A stretch of 56,815 nt of DNA from Dehalococcoidia bacterium (GTDB taxonomy: Bacteria; Chloroflexota; Dehalococcoidia; Lucifugimonadales; GCA-2717565), in contig SHYH01000003.1 of NCBI GenBank assembly GCA_009692865.1, positions 1-56,815 on the forward strand, given 5' to 3'. Positions 1-12,053 of the stretch are shown piece after piece (the stretch's first letter is position 1; each line of letters begins with the position of its first letter). A program made the translations under genes and the position numbers. The notes beneath the pieces were generated by a model that ran no database searches, was not told the DNA's origin, and was given only the letters and a program-made list of their open reading frames with translations.

Positions 1-693
1 GAGGGCATCTACACCGCCGACCCGCGCATCGTCCCAGAAGCGCGAAAACTCCGCGAGATCAACTATGATGAGATGCTCGAGATGGCCAGCTACGGCGCCA
101 AGATGCAACCCCGCTCGATTGAGCTGGGGGCGGTCTACGGTGTGCCCATTCTGGTGGCCTCAACCTTCAGCGAGGCCCCAGGCACCCTCATTCATGCAGG
201 GGTAAACGCAATGGAGATCAGAAACAAGGTGCGAGGTGTTGTCTGCGACCTGAACGTCGCGCGTATCACGGTGCTCGGCGTGCCCGACCGTCCGGGCATC
301 GCCGCCGCCCTCTTCGAGCCCCTGGCCGAGGCCGGGGTCAGCGTGGACGTCATCGTTCAGAACGCCAGCACAGAGCGCCTGACCGACCTGAGTTTTACGA
401 TAGCCCAAACCGATCTGCCTCCGGCACTGAAGGTGGTGGAGGGCACGGCCAAGGCGGTGGGCGCCCGCGGCGTCGTCAGCGATCACCGGCTGGGCAAGGT
501 GAGCATCGTGGGCACCGGGATGTTGAACGCCCCGGGCTACGCCGCGCGCATGTTCCGCACCCTTTATGAGGCGGGCATCAACATCGAGATGATCACCACC
601 TCGGAGATACGCATCACCTGCATCGTCTCCGAGGACAGGGCCAGCGACGCGGTGCGGGCCCTCCACCGGACCTTCCAGCTCGACCAGGAGTAG
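1..693 (+). CDS. lysC: Aspartate kinase, 5'-truncated by window edge
   Basis: Frame open from base 1: EGIYTADPR...EMLEMASYGAK kinase motifs followed by two ACT domains (GVPDRPGIAA, KVSIVGTGM, TSEIRI). Confidence 0.95.
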   Translation, partial: EGIYTADPRIVPEARKLREINYDEMLEMASYGAKMQPRSIELGAVYGVPILVASTFSEAPGTLIHAGVNAMEIRNKVRGVVCDLNVARITVLGVPDRPGIAAALFEPLAEAGVSVDVIVQNASTERLTDLSFTIAQTDLPPALKVVEGTAKAVGARGVVSDHRLGKVSIVGTGMLNAPGYAARMFRTLYEAGINIEMITTSEIRITCIVSEDRASDAVRALHRTFQLDQE

Positions 694-698
694 CTCCG

Positions 699-1259
699 CT
701 GGCCCAAGCACTGTTTTGCCCCCGCTGCGGCCACGACAATCTCCCAAAGGCCCGCTTCTGCGGCGCCTGCGGCGCTGTTCTGGCAGCCGCAGTACAACCC
801 TCTCCTCAGCCCCCTGTGGCAGCAGCGCCGCTTCCTGCCTACGTAGGTTTCTGGATGCGGGCAGGGGCGGCGCTCATAGACCTGGTCATCTTGCAAATCG
901 CCAACGCCGTTGTCTCAGCGCTGCTCATTCTCTTCAGCCTACCAGGCGGTATGGGGGTCACCCTTTTCGCCTATGAGGGAAGTCTCCTCATCACCATCCT
1001 GCTTCCCGGGGTGTACTTCCTCCTCCTCACCGGCCTCCAGGGCCAGACCCTGGGCAAGATGCTCTTGCGCATTAAGGTGGTGGATGAGGCGGGGCGGGCA
1101 CCCGGACTCAAGAAGGCGCTCCTGCGCGAGACCCTTGGCAAGTTTGTCTCCACCATTGCCATGGGTGTGGGCTTCCTCTGGGTGGTCTGGGATAAGGAGA
1201 AGCAGGGCTGGCATGACAAAATTGCCCGCACCCATGTTATCCTGGCGAGGAAGCTGTAG
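699..1259 (+). CDS. RDD-family membrane protein with N-terminal zinc ribbon; probable CTG start
   Basis: RDD motifs (GFWMRAGAALID, GQTLGK, QGWHDKIART). Same frame upstream of 816 encodes FCPRCG...FCGACG. AGGAG at 686-690 lies 8 nt before CTG 699. Confidence 0.8.
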   Translation: MAQALFCPRCGHDNLPKARFCGACGAVLAAAVQPSPQPPVAAAPLPAYVGFWMRAGAALIDLVILQIANAVVSALLILFSLPGGMGVTLFAYEGSLLITILLPGVYFLLLTGLQGQTLGKMLLRIKVVDEAGRAPGLKKALLRETLGKFVSTIAMGVGFLWVVWDKEKQGWHDKIARTHVILARKL

Positions 1260-1297
1260 TCGCCGTATGTGTCTACCCCTAGCGGAGAGGGTTCGCC

Positions 1298-3217
1298 ATG
1301 CGCTGCCCCATATGCGGGCGTGAAAACCCGGAAGGGAACGCCTACTGTATCTTCTGTGGCGCGCCGCTAACGGCTGGGGCCCCGGTCCAAGGACCGACGG
1401 GAACTCCTGCCGGGATGTCCTCCTTGGCCGAGCTGGCCGGGCAGGTGCAGGCCCTGCGGGAGATCCTCCTTTACTACGCCGCCCGCATGGCTTCCGTGGA
1501 GGGTGTCCTTGGGATCACCCCGCCTGCTGCCGCGCCTCCCACCTCCCAATCCCAGGGGGCCACACCTGCTGCAGCAGATGTCTCTTCTGGCGCGCCTCCC
1601 GCCGAGGCCGCGCCAATGGCTCCGCCTCCAGGACCTGGCCCTGCATGGCAACAGGCGGGCCAGTGGGAGCAGATCCTGGGAGGCAACTGGCTGGCCATCG
1701 TGGGAGGGCTGGCGGTTCTCGTCGGCGTCGGTTTCTTTCTGAAGCTGGCCTTCGACAACGACTGGATCGACCCGACAGGGCGGGTGGTCCTGGGGGTGGT
1801 GGCGGGGATGGGCTTCCTGGCAGCGGGAGAGTGGTACGAGCGGCGGTACGGGGTCTGGGCCCAGGCCATGACGGCCGCTGGCGTCGGCATCCTGTACCTG
1901 GCCATCTTCGCCGCCCTCGTGCTCTACAACCTCATCGGCGTCTACCCGGCCTTCGCCTTCCTGGCCCTCGTCACCCTGGTCTCCGGCGTGGCCGCCCTGC
2001 GGTACGAGGCGCCTGTCCTGGCGGCCCTCGGCGTGGTGGGCGGTATGGCTACACCCTTCATGCTCGTGGGGGAGCTGCCCGACCGTCGCATCCTGATCGC
2101 CTACATCGGGCTGCTGGACGTGGGGATAGTGGGCCTGGCCAGCTTCCGCAACTGGCGTCCCCTCACCCTCCTGGGATTCCTGGGCTCCCTGTACTGGTTC
2201 TCCAGGGCGGCCTTTGTTGGGACGCCCCTGGTAGGGGAAGGCTTCCTGACCGTCCACTTCGTCCTCTTCGTGGCGGCCACCACCCTGTTCCACCTCATCT
2301 GGCAGAAGCGGCCCAACCCCCTGGACTTTGGCTTGATGACCCTAAACGCCGGGACCTTCTTCCTCCTCAGCATCGGTCGTCTGTGGGACCCGTATGGAGA
2401 GTGGCTGGGCATCTTTGCCGTGGGCCTAGCGGGCTTCTATGCGGCGCTGGCCTCCTGGGCCCATGCCTTGAGCGGGCGCAACGCCTACCTTGTCCTCTTC
2501 CTCTGCGGCATAGCTACTGTGTTCCTTACGATAGCCATCCCCATTCAGTTCGAGGGGCCCTTTGTGCCCATCGCCTGGGCCGCTGAAGGGGTGGTGTTGA
2601 TGGCCCTGGGCACTCGTCTTGCCAGCTTCCCCTTGCGGGTGTCCAGCCTGCTGATGCTGACGGTGACGGTTAGCTGGCTCCTGCTTGTAGAGATGGACGT
2701 CAACTTGAGGCAGTTCCGCCCCCTCCTCAACGGACGCTTCGCCGCCTTTGCCGGGGGCATCACGGCCCTGTACCTGGCGGGCCTTCTCCTCTGGCGGGGA
2801 AGAGGCCAGCTTCGCTACGAGGAGGAGCGGACCTGGGTGCTTCCCGGGCTGTTGTTGGCGGCCAATCTGCTGACCCTCTGGATCCTGAGCTGGGAGCTGG
2901 TCAACTACGTGGACAGCCAGCTACACGCCTTTGCAAGGTTTGCTCCTGAGGTGAAGGGCTTTGGCCTCTCCGCCCTCTGGGCCGCCTACGCCGTTGTTGC
3001 GGTGGTGGCGGGCATGGCCGGCAGGGTTCGCATGGTGCGTCTGGGGGGCCTGGCCCTCTTTTGGGTGACTATCTTCAAGGTGTTTGTGGTTGACAGCTTT
3101 GAGCTAACCCAGGGCTACCGCGTGGCCTCGTTCATAATTCTGGGGGTCCTCCTGCTGGCAACGGGGTTCCTCTATCAGCGGTACCGAAGGGTCATACGGG
3201 GGTTTCTGCTTGAATAA
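1298..3217 (+). CDS. DUF2339-like polytopic membrane protein with N-terminal zinc ribbon
   Basis: CPICG...YCIFCG, then WEQILGGNWL..GGL..LVGVGFFLKLAFDNDWI and many TM helices; C-terminal KVFVVD...YRVASF. Confidence 0.85.
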   Translation: MRCPICGRENPEGNAYCIFCGAPLTAGAPVQGPTGTPAGMSSLAELAGQVQALREILLYYAARMASVEGVLGITPPAAAPPTSQSQGATPAAADVSSGAPPAEAAPMAPPPGPGPAWQQAGQWEQILGGNWLAIVGGLAVLVGVGFFLKLAFDNDWIDPTGRVVLGVVAGMGFLAAGEWYERRYGVWAQAMTAAGVGILYLAIFAALVLYNLIGVYPAFAFLALVTLVSGVAALRYEAPVLAALGVVGGMATPFMLVGELPDRRILIAYIGLLDVGIVGLASFRNWRPLTLLGFLGSLYWFSRAAFVGTPLVGEGFLTVHFVLFVAATTLFHLIWQKRPNPLDFGLMTLNAGTFFLLSIGRLWDPYGEWLGIFAVGLAGFYAALASWAHALSGRNAYLVLFLCGIATVFLTIAIPIQFEGPFVPIAWAAEGVVLMALGTRLASFPLRVSSLLMLTVTVSWLLLVEMDVNLRQFRPLLNGRFAAFAGGITALYLAGLLLWRGRGQLRYEEERTWVLPGLLLAANLLTLWILSWELVNYVDSQLHAFARFAPEVKGFGLSALWAAYAVVAVVAGMAGRVRMVRLGGLALFWVTIFKVFVVDSFELTQGYRVASFIILGVLLLATGFLYQRYRRVIRGFLLE

Positions 3218-4532
3218 GACGCGTCGTTTTCAGGCTGTTAGGTTATGGTGGGCGATGGCCCTCGCCGTAGCCATGTTGTTAGGCACCGTAGCGGTGGCCT
3301 TGGCCGACTTTACCCCTAAAGATTGGAGGTACTGGAAGGCCATCGCCCTGCCCCAACTCTCCGGAGGCGAGGAGATGGTCGAGCTGCCGCTTGACCGGGA
3401 TGTGTTCGGCGGCGCGGCCTCTTTCCTGGTGGACCTGCGGGTCATCGCCGATGAGAGCCAGGAGGCGCCGTCCCAGCTGAGGGTGGAGACATACCAGAGG
3501 GAGCAAACCTCCCTCCCTGTCCAGATGCGGGACCTGGCCCACCTGCTAGGACAGTACACCACCTTCGTGGCGGACCTTGGGGAGGAGGGGCTACTCCACA
3601 ACGAGATCGATATCATGGCTGCCAACAGGGCCGGGGACTTTCGCCGTGGGGTGGTGGTGGAGGCGAGCCGGGATGGGCAGGCCTGGCTGCTCCTGCGGGC
3701 CGACGGCGAGATCTTTGAGCTCCCCGTCCTTGTCAGAGGGGTTCCTGTTCGGGACACCACCGTCAGCTATCCCCAAACGACCGTCCGGTATCTGCGTGTG
3801 CGTATCAGCAACAAGGAGGGGGAGCCTCTGAGCATCGGCGCACCGCTGGTTTTCTACGTCAAAGAGACGCCCGCCACCCTCGTGGAGTATCCGGCCACAG
3901 CCCTCGAGAACCGGGTGGACCGGGAGCGTAAGGCAACAGTGGTGGTACTGGACATGAGCACCCAGGGGCTGCCCGCCAGCCATCTGGAGGTGGAGGTGTC
4001 CGAGAAGAACTTCTACCGCGAGGCAGACCTGGAAGGCAGCAACGATCGGAAGACCTGGACGCCGCTTGGCAAGACGGATGCGCTGTATGCGTACGATACG
4101 CCCCAGTACGTGAGCGCCGACCTCACCGTTGACTATCCTTTGGCCACCTATCGGTATCTTCGCCTGAGCGTCTTCAACCAGGACAACCCGCCACTGGCGG
4201 TGAGCGGCGTGAAGGTCATGGGGCCGCGACACCTGCTCCTCTTCCCGGCGCGTCCCGAGGTGGCCTACCGGCTCTACTACGGGAACGAGGAGACCCCACC
4301 CCCTTCCTACGACCTGGCCCAGTACCTCCAATATCTGGAGACCAGGGGCCTTCCCCAGGCCCGCCTGGAAACTCAGCAGCTCAACCCTCTCTTCGTAGAG
4401 AGGCTTCCGCCTGTAAGCGAGCGGTTTCCCTGGCTCCTTCCGGCCATCGTCATAGGCGCGATGGGGACCATCGCCCTGTTCCTGGCCCGGTTGCTCCTAC
4501 AGACGGGAAGCCGTATGGCCCCGCCCTCCTAG
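3210..4532 (+). CDS. DUF3999-like exported protein with C-terminal membrane anchor
   Basis: Signal peptide, WRYWK, DLRV, LYYGN...PSYDL motifs, C-terminal TM; overlaps DUF2339 stop. Confidence 0.75.
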   Translation: MNKTRRFQAVRLWWAMALAVAMLLGTVAVALADFTPKDWRYWKAIALPQLSGGEEMVELPLDRDVFGGAASFLVDLRVIADESQEAPSQLRVETYQREQTSLPVQMRDLAHLLGQYTTFVADLGEEGLLHNEIDIMAANRAGDFRRGVVVEASRDGQAWLLLRADGEIFELPVLVRGVPVRDTTVSYPQTTVRYLRVRISNKEGEPLSIGAPLVFYVKETPATLVEYPATALENRVDRERKATVVVLDMSTQGLPASHLEVEVSEKNFYREADLEGSNDRKTWTPLGKTDALYAYDTPQYVSADLTVDYPLATYRYLRLSVFNQDNPPLAVSGVKVMGPRHLLLFPARPEVAYRLYYGNEETPPPSYDLAQYLQYLETRGLPQARLETQQLNPLFVERLPPVSERFPWLLPAIVIGAMGTIALFLARLLLQTGSRMAPPS

Positions 4533-4548
4533 ACCTCTTCTGGGCTAC

Positions 4549-4694
4549 TAACAGGCTGCGGAAAAACCTTCTCGCCCATCCCCTTTCCCCCTTCCTGGCC
4601 AGGAAGGGGGTGGGAATTATATCTGGCGGACACCCCCAGACCCCTGCCAAAGGGGCTTCGCCCCTCTGGACTCCCCTATTTCCGCAGCCTACTG
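4549..4694 (+). mobile_element. MITE-like repeat family A, copy 1
   Basis: Terminal inverted repeats AGGCTGCGGAAA/TTTCCGCAGCCT; core CCCCTTCCTGGCCAGGAAGGGG shared with copies at 34194, 43912, 48899. Confidence 0.85.
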
Positions 4695-4831
4695 ACGTCC
4701 CTTCTCCCCCAAGGGAAAAGGGTAGGATGAGGAAGAGTTGTCGCCTTGTCTTTGCGGGATGGCCGCAGACATCCTTTGGGAGTATTGACCTTCTCCCCGT
4801 TTTGGGATATATGGGATGGTGTAAGCTAGAC

Positions 4832-5647
4832 ATGGGAGCTCCCGTGACCAATCGTCTGCTCTCGGTCATCATCCCCGCGTACAACGAGCAGGGGCGCATC
4901 AGCGTCACCCTTGAGCAGGTGGTGGGCTACCTGAACACCCGCTCCTACTCCTGGGAGGTGGTAGTGGTGGACGACGGGAGTACCGATGGGACAAAGGCAT
5001 TGGTGGCCCAGGTCGCAGGGCGCGACGATCGGGTTCGCCTGGTTGAAGGGCCTCACAGAGGGAAGGGCTCGGCGCTTCGACTGGGGATGAGCCAGGCCCA
5101 AGGCGAGCACCTGTTTTTCTGCGACGCCGACCTCTCCATGCCGATCAACCACCTGAGCCGATTCCTTCCTCCCGTCCTTAGCGACTGTGACGTGGCTATC
5201 GGATCGCGAGACATCCCCGGGGCCAGAAGGTTCGGGGAGCCCCCAAGCCGTCGCCTCCAGGGGAGGGTGTTTAACCGGTTGGGCCGCTGGCTCCTGGTGC
5301 CCGGCTTTGCCGATACCCAGTGCGGGTTCAAGTGCCTGAACGCAGCTGCAGCCCACCGGCTCCTGCCTCTCCTGCGGATCAATGGATTCAGCTTCGATGT
5401 GGAGATGCTCTTTGTCGCCAACAGGCTGAAGATGCGTATCGCAGAGGTGCCCATCGACTGGTATTATCAAGGGCGCAGCCGTGTGCGCTTTCCCTGGGAC
5501 GGCCTGCGCATGTTAGGCGAACTGCTGGCCATCCGCCGGAATCACCTCCTGGGCAGGTATCGGCCGTCGCCCGTATCCGACGGAGATGTGGATGGCGTGA
5601 ACTCGGCGCAGGTGGCCTCCCAGGCGAGCTCGGAAAGAAACCGCTAG
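4832..5647 (+). CDS. GT2 glycosyltransferase, dolichyl-phosphate beta-glucosyltransferase-like
   Basis: SVIIPAYNE, VDDGSTD, GKG, DAD, DTQCGFK, FDVE motifs. Confidence 0.9.
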   Translation: MGAPVTNRLLSVIIPAYNEQGRISVTLEQVVGYLNTRSYSWEVVVVDDGSTDGTKALVAQVAGRDDRVRLVEGPHRGKGSALRLGMSQAQGEHLFFCDADLSMPINHLSRFLPPVLSDCDVAIGSRDIPGARRFGEPPSRRLQGRVFNRLGRWLLVPGFADTQCGFKCLNAAAAHRLLPLLRINGFSFDVEMLFVANRLKMRIAEVPIDWYYQGRSRVRFPWDGLRMLGELLAIRRNHLLGRYRPSPVSDGDVDGVNSAQVASQASSERNR

Positions 5648-5716
5648 AGGGAGGAGGCCTCCGGTGGTAGGCTGAGAGGGCCATCGGCGGAGCTTCGCTA
5701 CAAAGGGAGGGAATGC

Positions 5717-6125
5717 ATGCGCACCATTGAGCAGATCCTAAAGGAGAGCAAGACGGTGGCCGTGGTGGGGCTGTCCCCCAGGCCCGAGCGGGACAGCCAC
5801 GACATGGCCCGCTACCTGAAGGAAAACGGCCCGCATCATCCCGGTGAACCCCACCGCCACGGAGATCCTGGGGGAGACGTGCTACCCCTCCCTTTCGGCT
5901 GTTCCTGGTCCGGTGGACATCGTGGACATCTTCCGCCGTCCTGAAGACGTTCCCCCTATTGTGGAAGAGGCCATCCAGAAGGGCGCCCGCGTTGTCTGGA
6001 TGCAGCTGGGCATTGTGCACGAGGATGCGGAAAAAAGCGCCAAGGCCCACGGGCTGGACATGGTCATGGACCGGTGCACCAAGGTCGAGCATGAGGCTTT
6101 GAAGCACCAGGGGAAACTGCCCTAG
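5717..6125 (+). pseudogene. CoA-binding protein (YccU-like), frameshifted near 5831
   Basis: VAVVGLSPRPERDS...YLKENG continues in another frame as RIIPVNP...VDIVDIFR...VWMQLG...MDRC; GGC C CGC lacks two bases of the expected Tyr codon. Confidence 0.85.
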
Positions 6126-6262
6126 CCCCTTTCGCGGAACGATTCTCCGGTTGCTCAAGGGAAAGCGGGGCAAAAAGGAAGCGCTAAAGGGCTTGTGCAG
6201 AGCCCTTCTCCAGTTGTACATTTCCAATTCTGGAAGCCATTGATGCTCTGTAGGACCTCGCC

Positions 6263-7093
6263 ATGACGCTGTATCAACAAGAAAGCACAGACCTCTACCT
6301 CCGAACCAAGCGCAAAGAGGCCGTTGATTTGGCCATGCGCGGCCGTTGGGAGGAGGCGGTGGAGGTCAACCGGAGCATTCTGCGCTTCGCCGACGACGAT
6401 ACTGAGGCTCATAACCGCCTGGGAAAGGCCCTCATAGAGTTGGGCCAGTACCAAGGGGCAAAGGAGGCCTTCCAAAAGGCCCTGTCCCTGAAGCCTGCCA
6501 ACCCCATCGCGCGCAAGAACCTGGAGAGGTTGAAGCGGCTGAAACCGACGGCGCCCCTGGTGAAGAAAGCGGAGAAGGCGAAGGCTAACCTCTTTGTGGA
6601 GGAGAGAGGAAAGACCTGCGTCACGCGTCTCCAGGGCGTGGCGGAGCGTCAGGTCCTGGCCGCGGTGGCCCCCGGAGACACCGTCTACCTGCGGTGCAAG
6701 GACAACGTTGTCTGGGTGGAGTCTCCCCAAGCCGACGGCTTGGGGCACCTGGAGCCCCGGTTGGGGCTGCGCCTCAGCCGTTTGGTCCGGGGCGGGAACC
6801 AGTACGCCGCCGCTGTTACCAGCGTGAATGATTTGGAGCTATCCCTCATCATCCGCGAGACCTACCACCACCCGGACCTGGCCCGCGTTATCTCCTTCCC
6901 TGGGAAGACGGAACGGGTTCCGACCATTCCAGAGAATCTCCCTCTCTTCGATGAAGCCCTCGAAGCGGAGATGGTTCCGAGCAGGAATGAGGCGGACGAA
7001 GAGGATCCAGACCTCCTCGACCCCGATGGCTATCCTCGCACCCGTCAGGCCCAGGAAGAGGAGGAGGACGACGAGGAGGAGCAGGAGTACTGA
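6263..7093 (+). CDS. Tetratricopeptide-repeat protein with acidic tail
   Basis: AHNRLGKALIELG...ALSLKPANPIARKNL TPR; E/D-rich C-terminus. Confidence 0.8.
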   Translation: MTLYQQESTDLYLRTKRKEAVDLAMRGRWEEAVEVNRSILRFADDDTEAHNRLGKALIELGQYQGAKEAFQKALSLKPANPIARKNLERLKRLKPTAPLVKKAEKAKANLFVEERGKTCVTRLQGVAERQVLAAVAPGDTVYLRCKDNVVWVESPQADGLGHLEPRLGLRLSRLVRGGNQYAAAVTSVNDLELSLIIRETYHHPDLARVISFPGKTERVPTIPENLPLFDEALEAEMVPSRNEADEEDPDLLDPDGYPRTRQAQEEEEDDEEEQEY

Positions 7094-7279
7094 CCTCTCC
7101 GGTTTGTCCCCCAGCCCTTGGCGCCCAAGCGTTCAGAGACACTCCTGGCATATCGACGGTCTGCAGTAACCCCCGGTGTCAGTTCGAACATTCTCCTTCT
7201 CCTCGACTTGTCTTGGCGCACTCTTCTCGGGTGCTATGGCCGTGAAAGCCTAACCCGATATTCTTCGTATCTGTTTCCC

Positions 7280-7309
7280 TTGCCCCGCAATAGGGAGAAA
7301 AGCTACAAT
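7280..7309 (+). promoter_or_regulatory. Sigma70-like promoter
   Basis: TTGCCC-18 nt-TACAAT upstream of peptidase C26 gene. Confidence 0.45.
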
Positions 7310-7388
7310 TTTGGGGTGTTCCAAAAGTACCCTCTCCCCTCAAGAGCGAGGGCTGCAAAACAAGTCCAGGGTTCCGGCGAGGGAGTTC

Positions 7389-8084
7389 ATGCCTGTCATC
7401 GGCATCACGGCCTCTACCTTGCGAGAGGCCCAGCCTTATGCAGCGTCCCTGGAGAGGCGGGGGGCGACGGTCCGGCTGCTCCTCCCAGGCCAGGGGGCTT
7501 CCCCTGGGCAGGTCATTAGAGAGATTGATGCCCTGATGCTTAGCGGTGGCGCGGACATTCACCCCGGCCGCTATCAGAGGGCGGCGGACGCTGGGGCAGC
7601 GTTGGAGATCGAGGTCGACCGAGATGAGATGGAGCTGCCTCTGCTGGAGGCAGCCCTGCGCCAGGACATGCCCGTTCTGGGCATCTGTCGGGGCATGCAG
7701 GTCCTGAATGTGGCCCTGGGGGGCAAGCTCATCCAGGACCTGCCTGACCACAGGGAGGTACGTGAAAATGAGCAGTGGGTCTCCGCCTATCACCGCATCT
7801 TCGTCACGCCTGGCAGCAAGCTGGCGGCTATTCTGGGCGTGGGCGGCTTTGTAAGGGTCAACAGCCGCCACCATCAGGGGGTGAAGGAGGCCCAGAAGGC
7901 GGCGTCCTTGCTTGCCTCAGCCTACTCTCTGGACGATGGCCTCATTGAGGCCCTGGAGAGCCCGGCCCACTCGTGGGTGCTGGCAGTCCAGTGCCACCCG
8001 GAGCGGGAAGGAGAGCTCCCCCCCCACTGGGGCCACCTGTTCGATGGCCTTGTTGAGCGGGCCAGCCGCTCCCAGGAAGGGTGA
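7389..8084 (+). CDS. Gamma-glutamyl-gamma-aminobutyrate hydrolase family (peptidase C26, class I glutamine amidotransferase)
   Basis: LSGGADI, GICRGMQ nucleophile, VNSRHHQ, VQCHPE. Confidence 0.9.
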   Translation: MPVIGITASTLREAQPYAASLERRGATVRLLLPGQGASPGQVIREIDALMLSGGADIHPGRYQRAADAGAALEIEVDRDEMELPLLEAALRQDMPVLGICRGMQVLNVALGGKLIQDLPDHREVRENEQWVSAYHRIFVTPGSKLAAILGVGGFVRVNSRHHQGVKEAQKAASLLASAYSLDDGLIEALESPAHSWVLAVQCHPEREGELPPHWGHLFDGLVERASRSQEG

Positions 8085-8112
8085 ACGGCGTTGCGATCTC
8101 TTCTCTTAGCGC

Positions 8113-8219
8113 CTCACCCCCACATCAATCCTCCTCCGTCAAGAGGGGGGAGGATGCTCCCTCCCCTTGTGGGAGGGAATGAGAGGGAGAGGGAGAGGGA
8201 GGGGGAGGGGGGGGGGAGA
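8113..8219. repeat. CCCTCTCCC/GGGAGAGGG-type hairpin repeat (family C) with expanded polypurine tract
   Basis: Hairpins TCCTCCTCC..GGGGGGAGGA and CCCTCCC..GGGAGGG followed by (GAGAGG)n/G-runs. Confidence 0.6.
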
Positions 8220-8317
8220 CGCTTGTCTACGCGAGAGGTCTTTTCAGTGTTTTTATGAGTCACCGGATTAGGTCAAGTTAGCTTGTCCAACCCATCTCCT
8301 CAGGAGTAGTGAGGTTC

Positions 8318-10894
<2,577 letters not shown>

Positions 10895-10900
10895 CCTACG

Positions 10901-11929
10901 TCACAGCAGCCTGGTCGGGGGGTTCTCCTTCCCCTTGATGTAGGGTATCCCCAGGTGCTCGTAGGCCCGGCGAGTGGCGACCCGCCCGCGAGGGGTGCGG
11001 TCCAGGAAGCCTAGTTGCAACAAATAGGGCTCGTACACGTCCATCACCGTGTCCGCCTCCTCGCTGATGGAGGCGGCAATGGTCTCCAGGCCCACAGGCC
11101 CGCCGTCGAACTTCTCGATGATAGACCTCAGCACCTTGTAGTCCACCCCGTCCAGACCCAGGGCGTCCACCTCCAGGCGGGCCAGGGCCTCCAGGGCCAC
11201 CTCCCGCGTGATAGCGCCATCGGCCACCACCTGAGCATAGTCACGCACCCGCTTCAGCAGCCTGTTGGCCACCCGGGGCGTGCCTCGGGACCGGATGGCG
11301 ATCTCCCTGATCCCGTCAGTGTCCGCCTCAATGCCCAGAATGCGGGCAGAGCGCAGCAGGATGGCCTCCAGGGCCGCGTGGTCGTAGAAGTCCAAGCGCT
11401 CCACAGCCCCGAACCGGTCCCGCAGGGGCGGGCTCACCATGGCGAAGCGGGTGGTGGCGCCGATGAGGGTGAAGGGTGGAATGCGTAGGTTGATGCTGCG
11501 GGCTGCCATGCCCTTCCCGACCACCCAGGAGAGGGAGAAGTCCTCCATAGCCGAGTAGAGGACCTCCTCCACCACGCGGCTCAGGCGATGCACCTCGTCA
11601 ATGAAGAGGATGTCCTCCCGCTGAAGGTTGCTAAGAATTGCCGCCATGTCGCCTGCGCGCTCGATGGCGGGGCCCGAGGTAACGCGCAGGCTGACCCCCA
11701 TCTCGGCGGCAATGATCATGGCCAGGGTGGTCTTGCCCAGGCCAGGCGGGCCGTAGAGAAGCAGATGGTCCAAGGGCTCGCCCCGCATCTTAGCGGCCTG
11801 GATGGCGATGCCCAGATTAGCCTTGATGCGCGCCTGGCCCTGGTACTCGACCAGGCGCCGGGGGCGCAGGCTGGTGTCCAGGGAGAGGTCATCTTCGGTG
11901 GGATTGCTGGAGACCAGGCGGTTTGCCAC
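10901..11929 (-). CDS. ruvB: Holliday junction branch migration helicase RuvB
   Basis: [35 protein letters not shown]. Confidence 0.98.
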   Translation of the reverse strand: MANRLVSSNPTEDDLSLDTSLRPRRLVEYQGQARIKANLGIAIQAAKMRGEPLDHLLLYGPPGLGKTTLAMIIAAEMGVSLRVTSGPAIERAGDMAAILSNLQREDILFIDEVHRLSRVVEEVLYSAMEDFSLSWVVGKGMAARSINLRIPPFTLIGATTRFAMVSPPLRDRFGAVERLDFYDHAALEAILLRSARILGIEADTDGIREIAIRSRGTPRVANRLLKRVRDYAQVVADGAITREVALEALARLEVDALGLDGVDYKVLRSIIEKFDGGPVGLETIAASISEEADTVMDVYEPYLLQLGFLDRTPRGRVATRRAYEHLGIPYIKGKENPPTRLL

Positions 11930-12001
11930 GGCGGACGTCCTACAAGTCAGGCTGGCCCCATTCTAGCGGGGAGTCGCACAAGTGTTCAAGCCCCTCGTGC
12001 A

Positions 12002-12026
12002 GGCCTCTGTGGGCAGTACTCGAACC
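12002..12026 (-). repeat. Degenerate tRNA 3'-end fragment (att-like)
   Basis: GGCCTCTGTGG(GCAGT)ACTCGAACC matches 13100-13121 with a 5-nt insertion. Confidence 0.6.
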
Positions 12027-12053
12027 TTCTGTGGCCTGATCTCGTGCCCAGGC

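Noticed and set aside
4610-4831. N-terminal extensions of GT2, hisA (26591) and ogt (38479) in the ORF track
   Set aside because: They are translations of MITE or repeat DNA; family motifs begin at later starts
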